Part shown: positions 12,427 through 25,970 of the stretch, piece after piece
Position numbering within the stretch: position 1 is the first letter of the stretch
Layout of the letters: each line of letters begins with the position of its first letter
From: Selaginella moellendorffii
Lineage: Eukaryota > Plantae > Lycopodiophyta
DNA: 64,000 bases
Assembly (NCBI RefSeq): GCF_000143415.4
Contig: NW_003314311.1
Span: 814,769-878,768, forward strand
Reading direction: 5' to 3'
The notes under the pieces: model-generated
Seen by the model: the letters and a program-made list of their open reading frames with translations, nothing else
What the model was told of the DNA's origin: nothing
Databases searched by the model: none
Program-made: the position numbers and the translations under genes

Positions 12427-12500
12427 GCAGGATTCCCCAGAAAGGGTGATCACCGGCACAACTCGTCCTTAGGACAAGGACTTTGTTGGGGGGGAAGAAT

Positions 12501-12735
12501 TGTTAGGCGCCAGCTTTGACTACATGGTCAACATCGGTCAAAGGGAGGCTCAAGGGTATATTAAGGCATGTTAGGGTAAGGGACTTAACCTACCCTAGGG
12601 CTCACAGTGGAGCGGCGGCGCAGTGGAGCTTTTGAGGTAGTTCGGGGGTGGTTGGGTGGTGAGGAACCTCAAGAGGTGGCGTAGCATAGTCTAGGGCAAC
12701 TAGATCTTTGTCTTTTTTCTCGCCGGATCATAACA
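12501..12735 (+). repeat. Element A 3' LTR
   Basis: Direct repeat of 710-944 after PPT GGGGGGGAAGAA. Confidence 0.95.
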
Positions 12736-12740
12736 CCAGT

Positions 12741-15700
12741 ACTCGAATGTAGTGAGTTGTTATAGCACATTTCCCCAAGTCCCAAATGACTTACCCAATC
12801 AGTTTGTTTCTGGAGATATAGCATCGGAAATAATCCTCTAGCTACCTATTCACCCTTTCTATTTGTCCATCTGTCAAGAAGTGTTATTGCCATCAAACTT
12901 GACTTTATACACCCAATATCTGTTTATGAGTGATAGACTGTGCTGAATTTCAACTTGGTGCAATATTGTTTTAGGAGAGTTCTCCAGAACTTATTGGTGA
13001 AGATTTTATCTTGATCTGAGATAATCTCTTTTTGCCTTCCCTGCACTTGAACTATTTGTTCAAAGAATAGCTTCACCACACTTTCCGCATCCACTTCAAT
13101 TATGGTGGGTAGGAAATGTGCCATCTTTGAAAACCAGTCGACCACCATGAATATCGCATCAAACCCCTCACTTGGGGGGAGTCCCGTGATGAAGTCTATC
13201 GTAAGACATTTCCACAAACAATCTAGAATTGGGAGGCTTTGTAACAAGCCCCCACTAGCCTTAGTCACGACTTTGACCTGCTAACATGTTGGACATATCT
13301 TTATATAGTCTTAGATGTCTTTAGCTATATCTAGCCAGTGATACTTTTTCTTGAGTAAACCTATCCTCTTGGGCAGTTCCTCGTGTCTTGCAAGAAGTCC
13401 ATCATGACACTTTTCTAAGGCTATCTTCCTTAGCTCCCCTTATGGAATATACACCCTCGCTTGATGAGTCCATTGTGTTCCACATAACCTATCTTTTCTG
13501 CCATGGCGACTCACCTCTCTAGTGAGCATCCCGCGTTTCTTAGTTCCTTAGCAACACTTTTTGTGCTAGACTATCATTCTCATACGCTATCCACACATCA
13601 TCCCAAAAATTTGTTGTCATTCTGGATATTGCCAACTTTAATCTTACTTTTCAACTTAGAACATCTACCACGATATTGCTCTTTTTAGGTTTATACAAAA
13701 TTTAACAATCAAACTTAGCCAAAGCAATGGCCCATCAACTCTATTTACCTCTCAGGTCAAGCTATGACAAAAAGTGTTTCATTGCCACATTATTCGTGTA
13801 AGCTTTGAAGTGTCTTCCAAGATAGTGTCACCACTCTTTGAGCGCCTTGACCACCGCAAATAATTCCTTTTTGTGAGAGGGCCACTTTCGTTAAGCCTTG
13901 TCCAATTTCTTCAAGAAGAACACTTGTCTTGCTTTAAAACTATGCTCAATGCAAAATTTAAAGCATCCATTTCTACCTCAAAGTCCTTACCAAAGTATGG
14001 TAACACTAATACGAGAACCTTCCTCAACTTCCCTTTGAGGTGGACAAATGCCGCCTCATATTCTGCTGTTCATACCATCTTCTCTTTTCCTATTTGGTCC
14101 GTTAAAGGCAAGACTACTCTCAAATAGTGTTTGATAAACTTTCTGTAGTAATTGCATAGCCCCAAAAATACCCTTAACTCATGTATATTCGATGGTCATT
14201 CCCATTCCTAGATCACTTGGACCTTCTCAGGATCCATCTAGCCCGTCCTTACCCATCACATGTCTAAGAAACTTTACCTCTTGTTGAGCAAAGTCACATT
14301 TTTTCTCTTTAGCATACAGCTTGTGTTCCCTTAGTTTCTCAAACACCTTTGTTAAGTGTTCGACATGCTCCTCTAGCATTTCACTATAGATCAAGATGTC
14401 ATCTATATAAACAACCACGAAATAATCTAGATAGGGTACAAAAATGTGGTTCATCAGTGTTAAAAACATCGCTGGTGCATTGCATAGCCCAAAAGGCATC
14501 ACTAGAAACTCAAAGCTTCTATACCTTGTCCAACAAACTATCTTCTCGACATCTTCCTCTACTACCTTGATTTGATAGTATCTTCACTTTAGGTCAATTC
14601 TCAAAAAATATTTTGTCCAACCTATTAAATAGGTTCTCAATCCTTGGTAAAAGGTATTTGTTCTTCTTTATATATTTGTTAAGCAACTGGTAGTCTATGC
14701 ACATTAGCATAGATCCATCTTCCTTTTTCATAAATAACACCGGCACCCCATATGGCGACTTGCTCAACCTAACATACCTTTTACCCACCAACTCTTCCAA
14801 TTGGCACTTAAGCTCCTCAAGTTCCTTCTCATTCAAACGATAGGGGGGACGAACCACCACCTTAGCACCCTCGACTAACTCAATTTTATGCTCTATCGGT
14901 CGTGCGGGGGCTAACCCTGCCGGTAGCTCCTCTGGCATGGTATCTTGAAATTGGTCTAACACCTACTGAATCACTAAAGGTATTTTTTTTATTCCTATCT
15001 TTTTGTCACTTCTCACCGAAAGTAAGCACAAAAATGTTGCCTTGGTTCCTTTAGTGAGTTGTCCTCTTGTGGACACAAGGTTCAAGTAAGAGTCTTTGGC
15101 CTTACATTGCCTTACCTTTAGATCTTGGGCCTCCACCTTGGATTGTTTTCCTCGGGCATTTGCTAGTACCACAAGGTTCCTACTTTGTTCATACAGGGCT
15201 ACCACAAATTGATTGAACCAATCCATCCTAAAAATCACGTTAAATTTTGCCATGTTCAACACAGTGAAATCCATGTCTACTTTCCATATCTCTACTTCGA
15301 CTCTTACCTGTCAAAGTACCTTATCAGTGCTTTGGCTACCTTGAACAAACTCTATAGTCTTTGATTCACCTAGCCGCTGCACCATTAGTCTGGCTTGCTA
15401 GACTATATCTATAGCCACAAAATTATCTGAAGGATCCATGTCAATAAGGATTTTAACAAAATTACTTTCGAGCTTCCCTCAGAGGGCTAGTAGATGTCAC
15501 GAATGACTCTCTACCAAAGTTTCTTATATAATGAGTAACTTTGAACTAAGGATTGGATCACATGCCTCAGTTTGGATTTTACCCAATTTAATAGCCATAT
15601 TGGCTCTGGCCTTTTTCGGGTAAGGATATTCTCTCAAAAAGTGTCCTGCTTCACTACAATTGAAGCATTGCTACTAGCAGATTTGGCCTTTTTATCAATG

Positions 15701-18683
15701 GGTTTATCCCTTTTTTCTTGACTCCCCCATGTACTTGCTTGCTAGCCACCAAATCTACCTCTCCGAAACCCTAAGAACTCATTCTTAGAGAAACTCTTCC
15801 TAAATTTCCCTTTGTCATATGTCCCCTTTCGTTTGGCTTTTTTGCTAAATGTGGACTCTAACCCCATTGTGTTCCTCTTTCACAGGTTATCATTGAAATG
15901 CACCTTGATAGCTGCATCCAATGCTTCCTTGTAATTGATTAGGTTCTAATACATCATCTCGCCTTGAGCCAAAGTTTGCAAGTCTGATATGAAGGTATGG
16001 AATGCATCCATGTCACCCATGTCCGTGACAAGGATCCTCTTTGCTATGAATGCATTCACATATTCTTGAATTATTCCCATCAATTTTAGCCTACTCAACT
16101 CATCCCTTAGGTGTAAAGTAACATTCAAAGGAATGTAAGTTGCACAGATCTTCACCTTTATCATTTCCCAAGTGGCCACCGGTCCTTCGTTAGGCTTTGT
16201 TGTTCTCCACCAAGACTTAAAATTAACTACCAAGTATCGTTTAGCACATAGGACTTTCTCAGAGCTTGGTAATTGCAATGCTTAGAAATAATCCTCCATA
16301 TTGTAATACTAATCCTCCACCACTTTATAGTCATTCACTCCCTTGAAGACTAGTGGGGGTTTTGATTTGAACTTGGGAACTGCTTGAGGGACTAATTCCA
16401 CTTTGGTTTGTTCGACTTTATTCGGTTCTACCTTAATCCCCGCCAAAGGGTCCACACCTTCTATGTTGCCAGCATCTGCAGTCTTTTACTTTTTCTTCTG
16501 CTTTTTGTCATGCTTTAGCTTGAATATGAGGGTCTCTAGCAGGGCATTGGTCTATGCCAATTGTCCTTCTAAAATGTTCAATCGAGCCATGGACGACCAA
16601 ACCTCACCATCAGACTCTTGTTTGGAAGTTTTCTCACTAAAGTCTTCCTCATGTAAGGATTCTTTATCCATAGCTTCTTGTTTAACTGGAGGCTCTAGCT
16701 CTGGAAAAGGTTCTATCTCTACCTTGGTTATCTTACACCCTACTTTAGCCATCTCTCAGTAATCTGCTTCTATCTTTCGCTAGAATTGAGGAAAAGACTC
16801 CGTTACTAAATTGTAAGCCACAAATTTTTCCTTTCCAATTTGCTAGCTTACTTCGTCTATCTGTCCACCACAGTCCTAGTCTTAGTTAAGTTCCCTTGTC
16901 AAGGTTTCCACTTATTATACCAGATCCTACTTGGTCCTACTTGATTTCAGTAACTCACTGCACGAGCAACGGAGTGTTATCCATCCATCCATAAATTCCT
17001 AAAATCTCTCCCAATTCCCTTCTGTAAATTACATTGGACTTAAGATTTGGTTACACTCCCCGCAAACACAAATAACTAAGCACACCCAACCTCTAGGTTT
17101 CTAACATCCCTTGGTACAACAAAACTTGATCATGGGACCCTCTAACTCCCAAGCCTTGGGTGCAACCCTTGCTTTGGGACATCAGGAGGAAACATCGTGG
17201 TTTAATGGCCCGGTATAAGTACCCTTATTCCCCCACTTCCATCCCAAAAGGAAGGCTCAAGCCCCTAAGAAGGGCAAGGACCAATAAGCCACAAGGACCA
17301 ATAAGCCACAAGGTACTCAAGTGGGGCATCACTCCACATGAACCAAGAGCACCGTAATCAATTTCCCTTCTCAGAGTGGGAGCTGCTCTTTAGCACTTCC
17401 TTATGTGGCCTCTTTGGCACCACCTGAGTCCATGCTCACTCCCATCCAATGCCCCTAGCCTCAACCTCAAATCAGTTTAGAAGCACCACTAGAGAATTCC
17501 TTCAAGACTAGTTTCTAGATCTTACTATACCTACTATACTTTTGAAACCCTCTGAACCCCCCCACCCCCCCTCCCCCCCTAAGCACACGAGGTTTTTACC
17601 CTTTATCTTATGGTGATTTACTATTGAAGCGGAACCTAAACCCTCTTTGTGCCATATTACAGATGCCACATGTCCAAAGGACAGTGGTGTGGAACCCAAG
17701 TTTCAAGGCCTTGGGCCACTGAACGAAGGAAGGGTGCCAAACTCCCAAATATGGAGCCAAGGAATGACGGAACTGGACCACAGAACAATTCTCGAGCATA
17801 CAACCTAAGGAGCAAAGGGACAGGAGCCTGGAGCAACTTGGAACAATCCTAGAGCAACCAACATCCCAATGCTAAGACCAACATGCAAAATAGAGCCTAA
17901 CGAAGTCTGGCTCTATTTCCGCATACTAGGATNNNNNNNNNNNNNNNNNNNNNNNNNNNNNNNNNNNNNNNNNNNNNNNNNNNNNNNNNNNNNNNNNNNN
18001 NNNNNNNNNNNNNNNNNNNNNNNNNNNNNNNNCCCTTCCCCCCCCCCCCCCCCCCCCTTTTGAGAAACACATGCTTTAGGCTTTCACCTTAAGCCTCTTT
18101 TAGTATCAGGAGTTAGTCTCTGGAACAAGTTCAAAACTTACTAAATATGGAATATCCTTAGATTGCAAATTTGGACATGGGACGAACACCATTGTGTTCA
18201 AAAAAATCTCTACATTCCGTAAATATGCCAAATGAGCAAATCTGGACACTTTCCATAAATAGCATTTGGGACCAAAATGAGACTAACATAAAGGGCATAA
18301 TAGCGAGGGTGTTTAGCAGACATGGTAAGCTATCATTTAGTGAATATTAAGGGACAAATCTTAATATCGTGAGGGTTCTTGATACTAACAAGTGCAAGCC
18401 AATGACACAAGTTTCTCAAACCAAGCCGAGTATGCTTAGCAAGAAACACATAGAGTTCTTACCTTATGTTAATCCAATTTAAGTCCATGGTCATTGACCA
18501 GTTTCTCAACTAGCTCAAGTGGGAACTGATAACGGGCCCAGCAATACTGACCTCCTGCTGTCGTGGCAGTAAGGAAAGAATATCCGGAAGGACTAACCGA
18601 TAGGTAACTTTCGACACTCAAAGTCACATTCGCAACACCCCCCCCCCCCTTTGGAGACACACGCTTTGGGCTTTCACCTTACG
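12741..18683 (-). mobile_element. Element C, 5' part: decayed Ty3/gypsy chromovirus (5' LTR, gag, PR, RT, RH, INT)
   Basis: Minus strand: gag from ~16752, knuckle CFNCSEAGHFLREY (~15630-15670), protease KILIDMD (~15440), RT LMCIDY / MPFGLCNAPA / YIDD (14962-14227) and integrase TIDFITGLP / VVDWFSK / IISDQD. Degenerate Met PBS at 16798-16808 (8/11 match). LTR ~16812-18683 with TGTAAG...CTTAC(G) ends. Confidence 0.85.
17579..18637 (-). mobile_element. Element B-family LTR (probable solo LTR) inserted in the poly-C tract of the element C LTR
   Basis: Reverse complement of LTR B (AAGTCACATTCGCAACA at 18621-18637; AAGCGGAACCTAAACCCTCTTTGTGCCA ~17627-17654), more diverged than the B pair. C-LTR sequence resumes on both sides of the poly-C. 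An N gap lies inside (17933-18032). Confidence 0.75.
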
Positions 18684-18696
18684 ACTTGTATTAGTA

Positions 18697-18912
18697 TTCG
18701 GACTCAATCTCAAACTCGATCTCGGACTTGATCTCAGACTCGATCTCAGACTTGATCTTAGACCCAACCTCAAACTCTGCCTTAGACTTGATCTTAGACT
18801 TGGTCTCTGACCCGATCTCGGATCTCGAACTTAGTCTCGAACTCAGTCTCGGACTCAAACTCAGACTCAGTCTCAAACTCGGTCTCGGGCTCAATCTCAG
18901 ACTCAGTCTCAT
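18697..18912. repeat. Degenerate 6/12-bp tandem repeat (GACTCGATCTCA-like)
   Basis: Visible periodic GACTC/GATCTC/AAACTC units that give the low-complexity ORFs 18691-18912 and 18728-18916. Confidence 0.8.
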
Positions 18913-20239
18913 CTGATGAACTCTTTATCATTTTGGTCATGCTTTCAGGGATCCTTTAACCTACGACACCTCTCGAAGTTGGTTCCTTACACAGAGCTCC
19001 CTTCATGTAGACATGGCTGACTAGAATGTTGATATGGTAGATGGGATTATCATGAAAATAATTGTTAATACACTTCATCCAAGCCCTATATCAATGGTTA
19101 CCGTCAATAATTTGGAACATTATCTCAGCAAGCTATTGAGTCTCAAGATATCTGATAAGCATGTTATCAAATTCCAGAGACTTCCTCCTTCAAATAGGAT
19201 CCTAGCTATTCACAACCTTGAAATGGTAATGATCTCCATTGTTTCTGGCTTGCAAAAAGAGACTAGAAACATATTTATATTTGTTGCGAGGCCATTCTAT
19301 TTGAACAAGTTGTATATGTCTAGGTTGACATATTTAGATGCTGTGCGCAGAATGTTTGTCTGCAAATAACAAAGGGGGATTTTTCTGATCATGTCACAAA
19401 TGCCTGGCCACTTGAGCACCTGCAGTATTCAAGGAATTGATTTTTNNNNNNNNNNNNNNNNNNNNNNNNNNNNNNNNNNNNNNNNNNNNNNNNNNNNNNN
19501 NNNNNNNNNNNNNNNNNNNNNNNNNNNNNNNNNNNNNNNNNNNNNAATGTACTAGCACCTATCAATGTTTTTGTTATTAGAGATATGATATTATTTTTTC
19601 TAAATTATCTAGAAAGGATGCATTCTCATCATATTTTGTACATATTTTGGACTTATTACAAGAACTTTAAAGGGTATAAATATGGCATGGTAAAATATGT
19701 TGTACTATATTAATCTATGAATGGATGAATTGTCATCCAAAAATTTATTTTGTGTTGTATTACATCCTAAAAAATAGGGACGTGCTTTAAATGTCATTAA
19801 GCAGTGTTCATAATTATGGATAAAACTCGAGTTGTATTAGGAATCAAATTTTTCATTAAAGAATAAAATTTAACAAGATTTATCATCATCTAGCACTTAA
19901 GATTTGATAACTTGACACATCAAATATGTTGATAGTCAGATTGAATCTCTTGAATTGACATGCTATAGCAAAATATCATTACTGATATCATTATTAACTA
20001 TCAAACTTCACGTGTTGAAAATCCTTCCTTGGATCTATATGTATACATGCATTAAACATCATTATAGATTACAGTAATATTAATACTGTCACACTTGCAT
20101 ATGTTAAGTTTGCTATAGAATTTAAATTCATTTTGTACGTTGTTGACATTTTTTTTATTGCTCTCCTTAAATTTCAATTATGTTTCACTATGAATTTTTA
20201 CAAGTAGCATAGAGAGAGAGAGAACTCTAAAACCTATTG

Positions 20240-23200
20240 AGAAAGATGGAGAGGTTTCTTTTACATTTTCGAGATCACCCAACTCTTTCATTCTCTCAAA
20301 GTATTGTTTTCAAAAGTTTTTTATATCGGTGTTTTGACCTTCATCTTATCTTTATTTCTTTAGAGACTGTAATTTGCAATGACACTAGTATAGTTGCATA
20401 CTGGGAGTTTTTCCTTTCTAGTGTGGGCAAGGGTGGACAACAATTGGATTTATAAAATTCTAAGTTGAAGGAGATTCAAGTTTTTGGATCTCCAATCAAA
20501 ATGCCAAAATGCACTCTAGCCAAAGTGAATGTGAAGCAAAAGTCAGTTGTTATCCTCTCATCCTATTCTAGTTCAAGTGAAGAAGTCATGCTAGTGTTGG
20601 CACCAAATTCACTAGCTCCATCTTTAGCAATATTCAAAGCCATTAGCAATGCCTTTTAGTTTTCCACTTCACAATCGATGAGTGTTTGTTTTTGTATAGG
20701 CCTGTGAACAAGCTTTTATTCTTCTACAATGGCAATATTTTCTTTGAACTATCACCTTTTGTCAATAGCATAGGTTCTAAATGAAAGGGGATGGAAACCA
20801 AGCAAGATGTCCACAATTGGTGCAAAATCAAAACTACACACTTCCAACATTTTGAAGGCATGGTGTTTATAGTTTATTGTGGTGGGTATTTAGTTTGTAT
20901 GGATAAAGCATGCAATTGAGATCGTTGTAGACATTCTTTTTTTTTTTTAAGGCAATCAATCCTTCTATCTATAACACCATTGTTAGAAGAGCTACAATGC
21001 ATATTGGCACACACATGTATCCAATGCAGAAAGGGATACAAAGGAGTTCTCTTAACCCTTTCAAAGATGGTATGCAAGAAGAGACTATGAAAAACTCATC
21101 TGCAACTTTGAAGTATATTCAGAAGACTGCCCTCAAGGATTTTATCATAAACACCTTACTTAATCCAGATAGCCAAAAGGCTCAACTAAATGAAGCTATC
21201 TTGCAAGACTTACTACAAGGAGTACAACTTGCTACTAGCCTAAGGAGGTACATCTATTGTATTTCATACCTTATAATAATATTTTTTTCTTACATTATAT
21301 TGTTTAGAATAAAATCTTGGATATATAAATCCTGAGAGGGGAAGTTGCAATCAAAAATTAACTCTATCCTTAAATTGAAATGAACCTATCCATACAAGTT
21401 CATCCACGAAAGTTGTTTCCAGACCAAGTTGTGAATACACCCCTTCATCTTCAAGATGTCTATAATGAGCCTTGCCTTTAGTGTAGATCTTATCTATATA
21501 TTTGGATCCAATGACCTTGCATATGCATAGGTATATTTTGACCATATGAAGCACATATCAGGTTGGATAACCATGGGAGCTTATGTGTATGATCCAAGGT
21601 AATTTTTATTCTTATTATATTGAAATTGTTGTAATATTTATGTTTTCACACAGGCTACATTATAACTTAACAATTATAATAGTAGAGTTTAAAGTATAAG
21701 ACCAAACAGTTCAGGAAATATTTTGGAAGTCCCTCTTCAATATTGTACTAAAGCGAATTGATAAGCCTATAAACTTTCGTGGTTTCATGGCAGATGGAGC
21801 TAGTGTAAACTAGAATGGTGTCTGAGCAATTTTTGGGAAGTGTCAGCCATTGGAAGGTCATAAAAGGATTTGTGAGTTTTATTGGGCTCAGAGCCTAAAC
21901 CAACATTGCCAACTTATCAAGCCAAAGTTTCAATTAATGTTTAAGGAATTGTGTAAACAATGGCAGGCTACACCTTCTAAAGAAGAGCATAAGACAAAAG
22001 GAAATAAAATCCAAATGTGGTAGCATGAAAATGGCCATATGAACATAAGTTGTTTATCACAACTTGAGTTGTGATTAGAGTGGTAGGAAGTTAAGATATT
22101 CTAATGAGGATATCACTCTTTTCAAGTTGATTTTTATTTTTCTTCTCATTTTATTGCCTCTTAATATTGCCTTTTCCATTATGATCAACCACTTGAGGAT
22201 CTCATATACACCCCAATTATGAATCTCTCAGAAAGTAAGCATTAAAGTTGGCATTCCTCTAAAGTAGGGAAAGGGAAGATAAGTCTATATAAAGCTTGTA
22301 TATTAGATTTCATACACACTATAGAGTAGTCTTTAAAAGCGTTAGCATTCGAGAAAGGAAGATACATGGGAAAAGGGCCTTTTGTTGAAATGTTACATGA
22401 TAGAATGAAGAGAAAATTAACTCCACCCACTCAAACAGTGGCAACTATAGTTGAGGAAGTGGTCTATAGCACATTTATAGAGACATTCCCCATGCCTCTA
22501 TTGGTGATATAAAGGCTATCCACTCAAAATGTCATTTTTTCTTTGCTGATGAAGATGTTGGTATGGATCTTGGAGCAAAAACTTGCACAAGCTTGATGTT
22601 AAGTACCATTCTTCTTCAAGACACTGTTCTCGGACCAAGCCACCTCAAGTGGTTAATGAAAAGAGTGCATCACAATAAGTTAAAATCATTTACCATAGTG
22701 TGGAGCCAAAACTCTACCATATGCCAACAAAATCCAATGTAAAGTGTGTAGGGATGTTTTCAAGGGGCAAGTGTTGGGCCTAGATTCATGGTGACAAATC
22801 TATTTCTATTCCAACCTCATGTTTCTATGGGGAACGAAAGCAAGTAGGATTTTTAAGATGGTGTTGGCTGTATTATTGTAACATTGATGCCAATCATATG
22901 AAGCAGCTTAAAGACACTATAGTGACTAAATTTGATATAGTACCTAAAGAATGGCCAGTTGCTAATGGGGTCGCACTCATCTTGGATGAAATTTCAAATC
23001 TTGAAAAATCTGGTTTCAATTTTAAAAGGAAAGTTGAAAACATGAGTGATAGAACCAAACCTGTTCTTAATGATGCACAGAAGACTAGCAAGAAAAGGTA
23101 TAGCAATTAAATTTATTGGTACCATCACCAAGCAAAAGTAGGGTAAAATAAGCTTAGTTCAAACACCTGAATGTGAGATTCTCTCTACGAAGTACATCAT

Positions 23201-23400
23201 TGCACTTACAAAAGAGTACATAGTCAAAACAAAAGGTGAGAGTACATAATTGGTATTCAAGACTTTCTTTCTTGCACATGTTTAGACTTTATAAAGCGTG
23301 AGAAACATAAGAAGGCATATACTCCTTATAAGCATATTACTACATCATCATCAACATCTTGCACTAAGATCCTAAAGTGGATATGTATATACACCAAGTA
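20240..23400 (+). mobile_element. Decayed Mutator-like (MULE) transposase with C-terminal SWIM zinc finger
   Basis: NFRGFMADGASVN*NGV*AIFG...RICEFYWAQSL (~21770-21900, MULE D...CxxH region) and EYIIGIQDFLSCTCLDF...PYKHI (~23240-23340, SWIM CxC...CxH with C>Y). Many stops; boundaries approximate and TIRs not found. Confidence 0.7.
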
Positions 23401-24509
23401 TTGCTAAGTTGCAGAAAACTTTTGGAGCTAACTAGATTTTCCAACACTATCAATATTTATTCTCTATCAATAATATAAACTTATTATACTTTATATAATT
23501 AATAAAAAAATATTATTTCACTTTTCATTTCATATACTTATGAGTGTTCTTTTCGCAATACTGTCCATAGTACTCGTGTGTCTCATTACCATCTCAAAAA
23601 ATATTTCATAAAAGTCTTTTGGGTATATAAGTTGTAATGTGTCGCGAGAGCATATATACCATCATACTAATCATTGCCATTGTTTCCACAGGAAGTTAGA
23701 AAATATATAATGCATTTTTTGAAAGTCACAGAATTATTCTAAAATAAGTACAAAAGCATTCTTTTTCACCCAATTTGTTACACCCTCTATCATTGCATTT
23801 ATCTTTAACTCATGATCATTATCTTCATTATCCCTCTTTCTTTCTTTTGTGTGGTTTGGTTATGTTGTGCAATGGAATAACTATTACATCTTTTAGCCTT
23901 TAAACTCTAGGAAGAAAGATAGTGAGAATTAAAATTACCAACATTAAAACCCACAGATATTTGTATGTATTTCCCTCTCTTTGAATGAGAGTGCGAATGA
24001 AAATCCAGAAATTTTAGATAGTATATTATAACAAACCCCTCAAGAATTTATTCTAGAAAAAAACTAAGTCTTTTTTTATATGCAATAAGTTTACATCAAT
24101 AGTTATTTTTTTTCCTTTCAAACGATTATATGGCTTTACATAGAATTTTATTTCAAATTTAATAATTTTTTATTTTAACAAACCTGACATTTACTAGCCA
24201 GAAAGTAAAGAGTACATATTTAAGGAAGTGACAAAGATACTTTCTCTACAAACATTGTATTTTATATTCTAACAAATATCCCTATTATAACATGTAATAA
24301 ATATTTAAATTGTTAGAACAAGAAGTGTCCTTTAGAACATTTTTATCTATATAATGTGTAGAAAGTTATGAAATTATTAAGTTTGCAATAATCTTAAGAT
24401 TTTAAAGTTTATAATATTTGTATTAAACTACAATTAAAACTTGAGCTCAACTCACAAACTCCACTTTTCAACTCGTGAGCTTAAGTATGGTCCACATTCA
24501 TTTATACTA

Positions 24510-25970
24510 TTTAAGATGTTGGTCATGAGCTGTGAGTTCTTAATCAAAATCAACAAAAGATGCAAGACGAGATGCATGGCATGATGGATACCATGTGTGG
24601 GATATTAAGGCACTTGAGGCTAGACATGGTGGTGCTCCAAATAAGACTTTTTTAGTGGATCAACTCAAGATTCTAACTTTTTCCAATAAGAGTGGTGTGG
24701 ATGAATATATAGTTTGGTTAGCCAATGTGAAGAAGTTCTTGGCCAATGTGAAGTTCTAGGGAAACTCTAAATTAGCCTATAGCATCTAAAATGCACTCAA
24801 AATCCAACTTACATATTGGAAAATATCACACTTACAATATAAATAACAAAAAGAGGCTTTAGTGGCTATTCTAATGATTTTGCATTATATAGGTCTTTGA
24901 TGGTGGAATTGATTTGAGGAGTCTTGTATTGTAAACAAAAAACCACCAGTGTCTACCATAATGAGTTTGAGGTTGTTTTTTATTTATGTTTTGCCCCTCA
25001 CTACAATATGGAGAATACTCGCATAGAATTTCAACATTTCCAGCAAGGGTATAACACACTCTATTTCTCTCCCCTTAGACCAACTGGAAAAGAGGCAATT
25101 GCTTGATAAGAGAGCCTTTAGTGGCTATTTTATCCCTATGTATTCCTCAAGGTTCCAATGATCCACAATAATAGTATATTCAAATTTCATCCCATAATCA
25201 TATGTGATACAAAGGGAAATAACACTTAAAAATTTAATGCCTGATGACATTAATGCCCCAGTCTTGCTTGTGAGGAAGAAAGATAATTCAATAAAGATAT
25301 ATATTAACTATTATGTGTTGAACAAAAAGACAATGAAGGATTATTAAGCTTAGTGAAGTATAAGTGTTTACCAAGATTGATTTAAGGAGTGGATATCATT
25401 ATATTATAATATTATAGTTAAACTCATGAAGTTTAAGGAATTTTCTATTGAGCATCATCAATTCTAGGAATATAAAGTAAGACATATCATCTTTGTGTAA
25501 GTGATTTTTTTGTCAAGTGAGCGGCAGAACACATTAGTACCTTTGCAAAATGGGAAAAGTGATAAGCTTTCTTGTAGATATATTGATCCATATGAAGTGT
25601 TGGAGTGAATTGGCAAGACAACGTATTGGATACAATTGCCAGCTAAAGTAAAAATTCATTTGGTATTTTATATTAGCCAATTGAAAGATGCACTATATTG
25701 AAGTAAAAATCCCAATGCCTCCTTAATATATATGGTTGTGGAGGATGGATTAAAAGTTTGAGAAAAGTTCCCCAAAAAAAATAATCACTAATACAACTCA
25801 TCTAGGATTTTGTTTTGTGGGGGGAGAATTGTTAGGCACCAGGGTCAACATAGGTCAAAAGGAAGCTTAAGGGTAAATGGAAGTGGAGTTTTTTAGGTAA
25901 TTTGGGGGTGGTTGAGGGGTGAAGAACTTCAAGAGGAGTCTAAATCTTCTTTTAGCACTAGATCGTAACA
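24510..25970 (+). mobile_element. Internally deleted, eroded copy of the element A family
   Basis: Collinear patches match A gag (24510-25050), short pol pieces (25130-25460), the integrase end (25490-25800), a PPT (~25819-25828) and a shortened 3' LTR TGTTAGGCACC...GATCGTAACA (25830-25970). Confidence 0.85.

Larger units (their letters stand above)
710..12735 (+). mobile_element. Element A: full-length Ty3/gypsy LTR retrotransposon (inactivated), inserted in the element C integrase
   Basis: 235-bp TG...CA LTRs (710-944, 12501-12735; about 8 differences by eye). tRNA-Met(i) PBS TGGTATCAGAG at 946-956, PPT at 12488-12499, TSD CCGGT (705-709)/CCAGT (12736-12740). Domain order gag-RT-RH-INT. 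Confidence 0.95.

Noticed and set aside
18691-18916. Periodic repeat resembling a CRISPR-like array or repeat protein
   Set aside because: Degenerate 6/12-bp tandem units with no unique spacers, in eukaryotic TE context.
19034-19369. 111-aa ORF beside an assembly gap
   Set aside because: No recognisable motif; probably a TE remnant, and it cannot be assigned.
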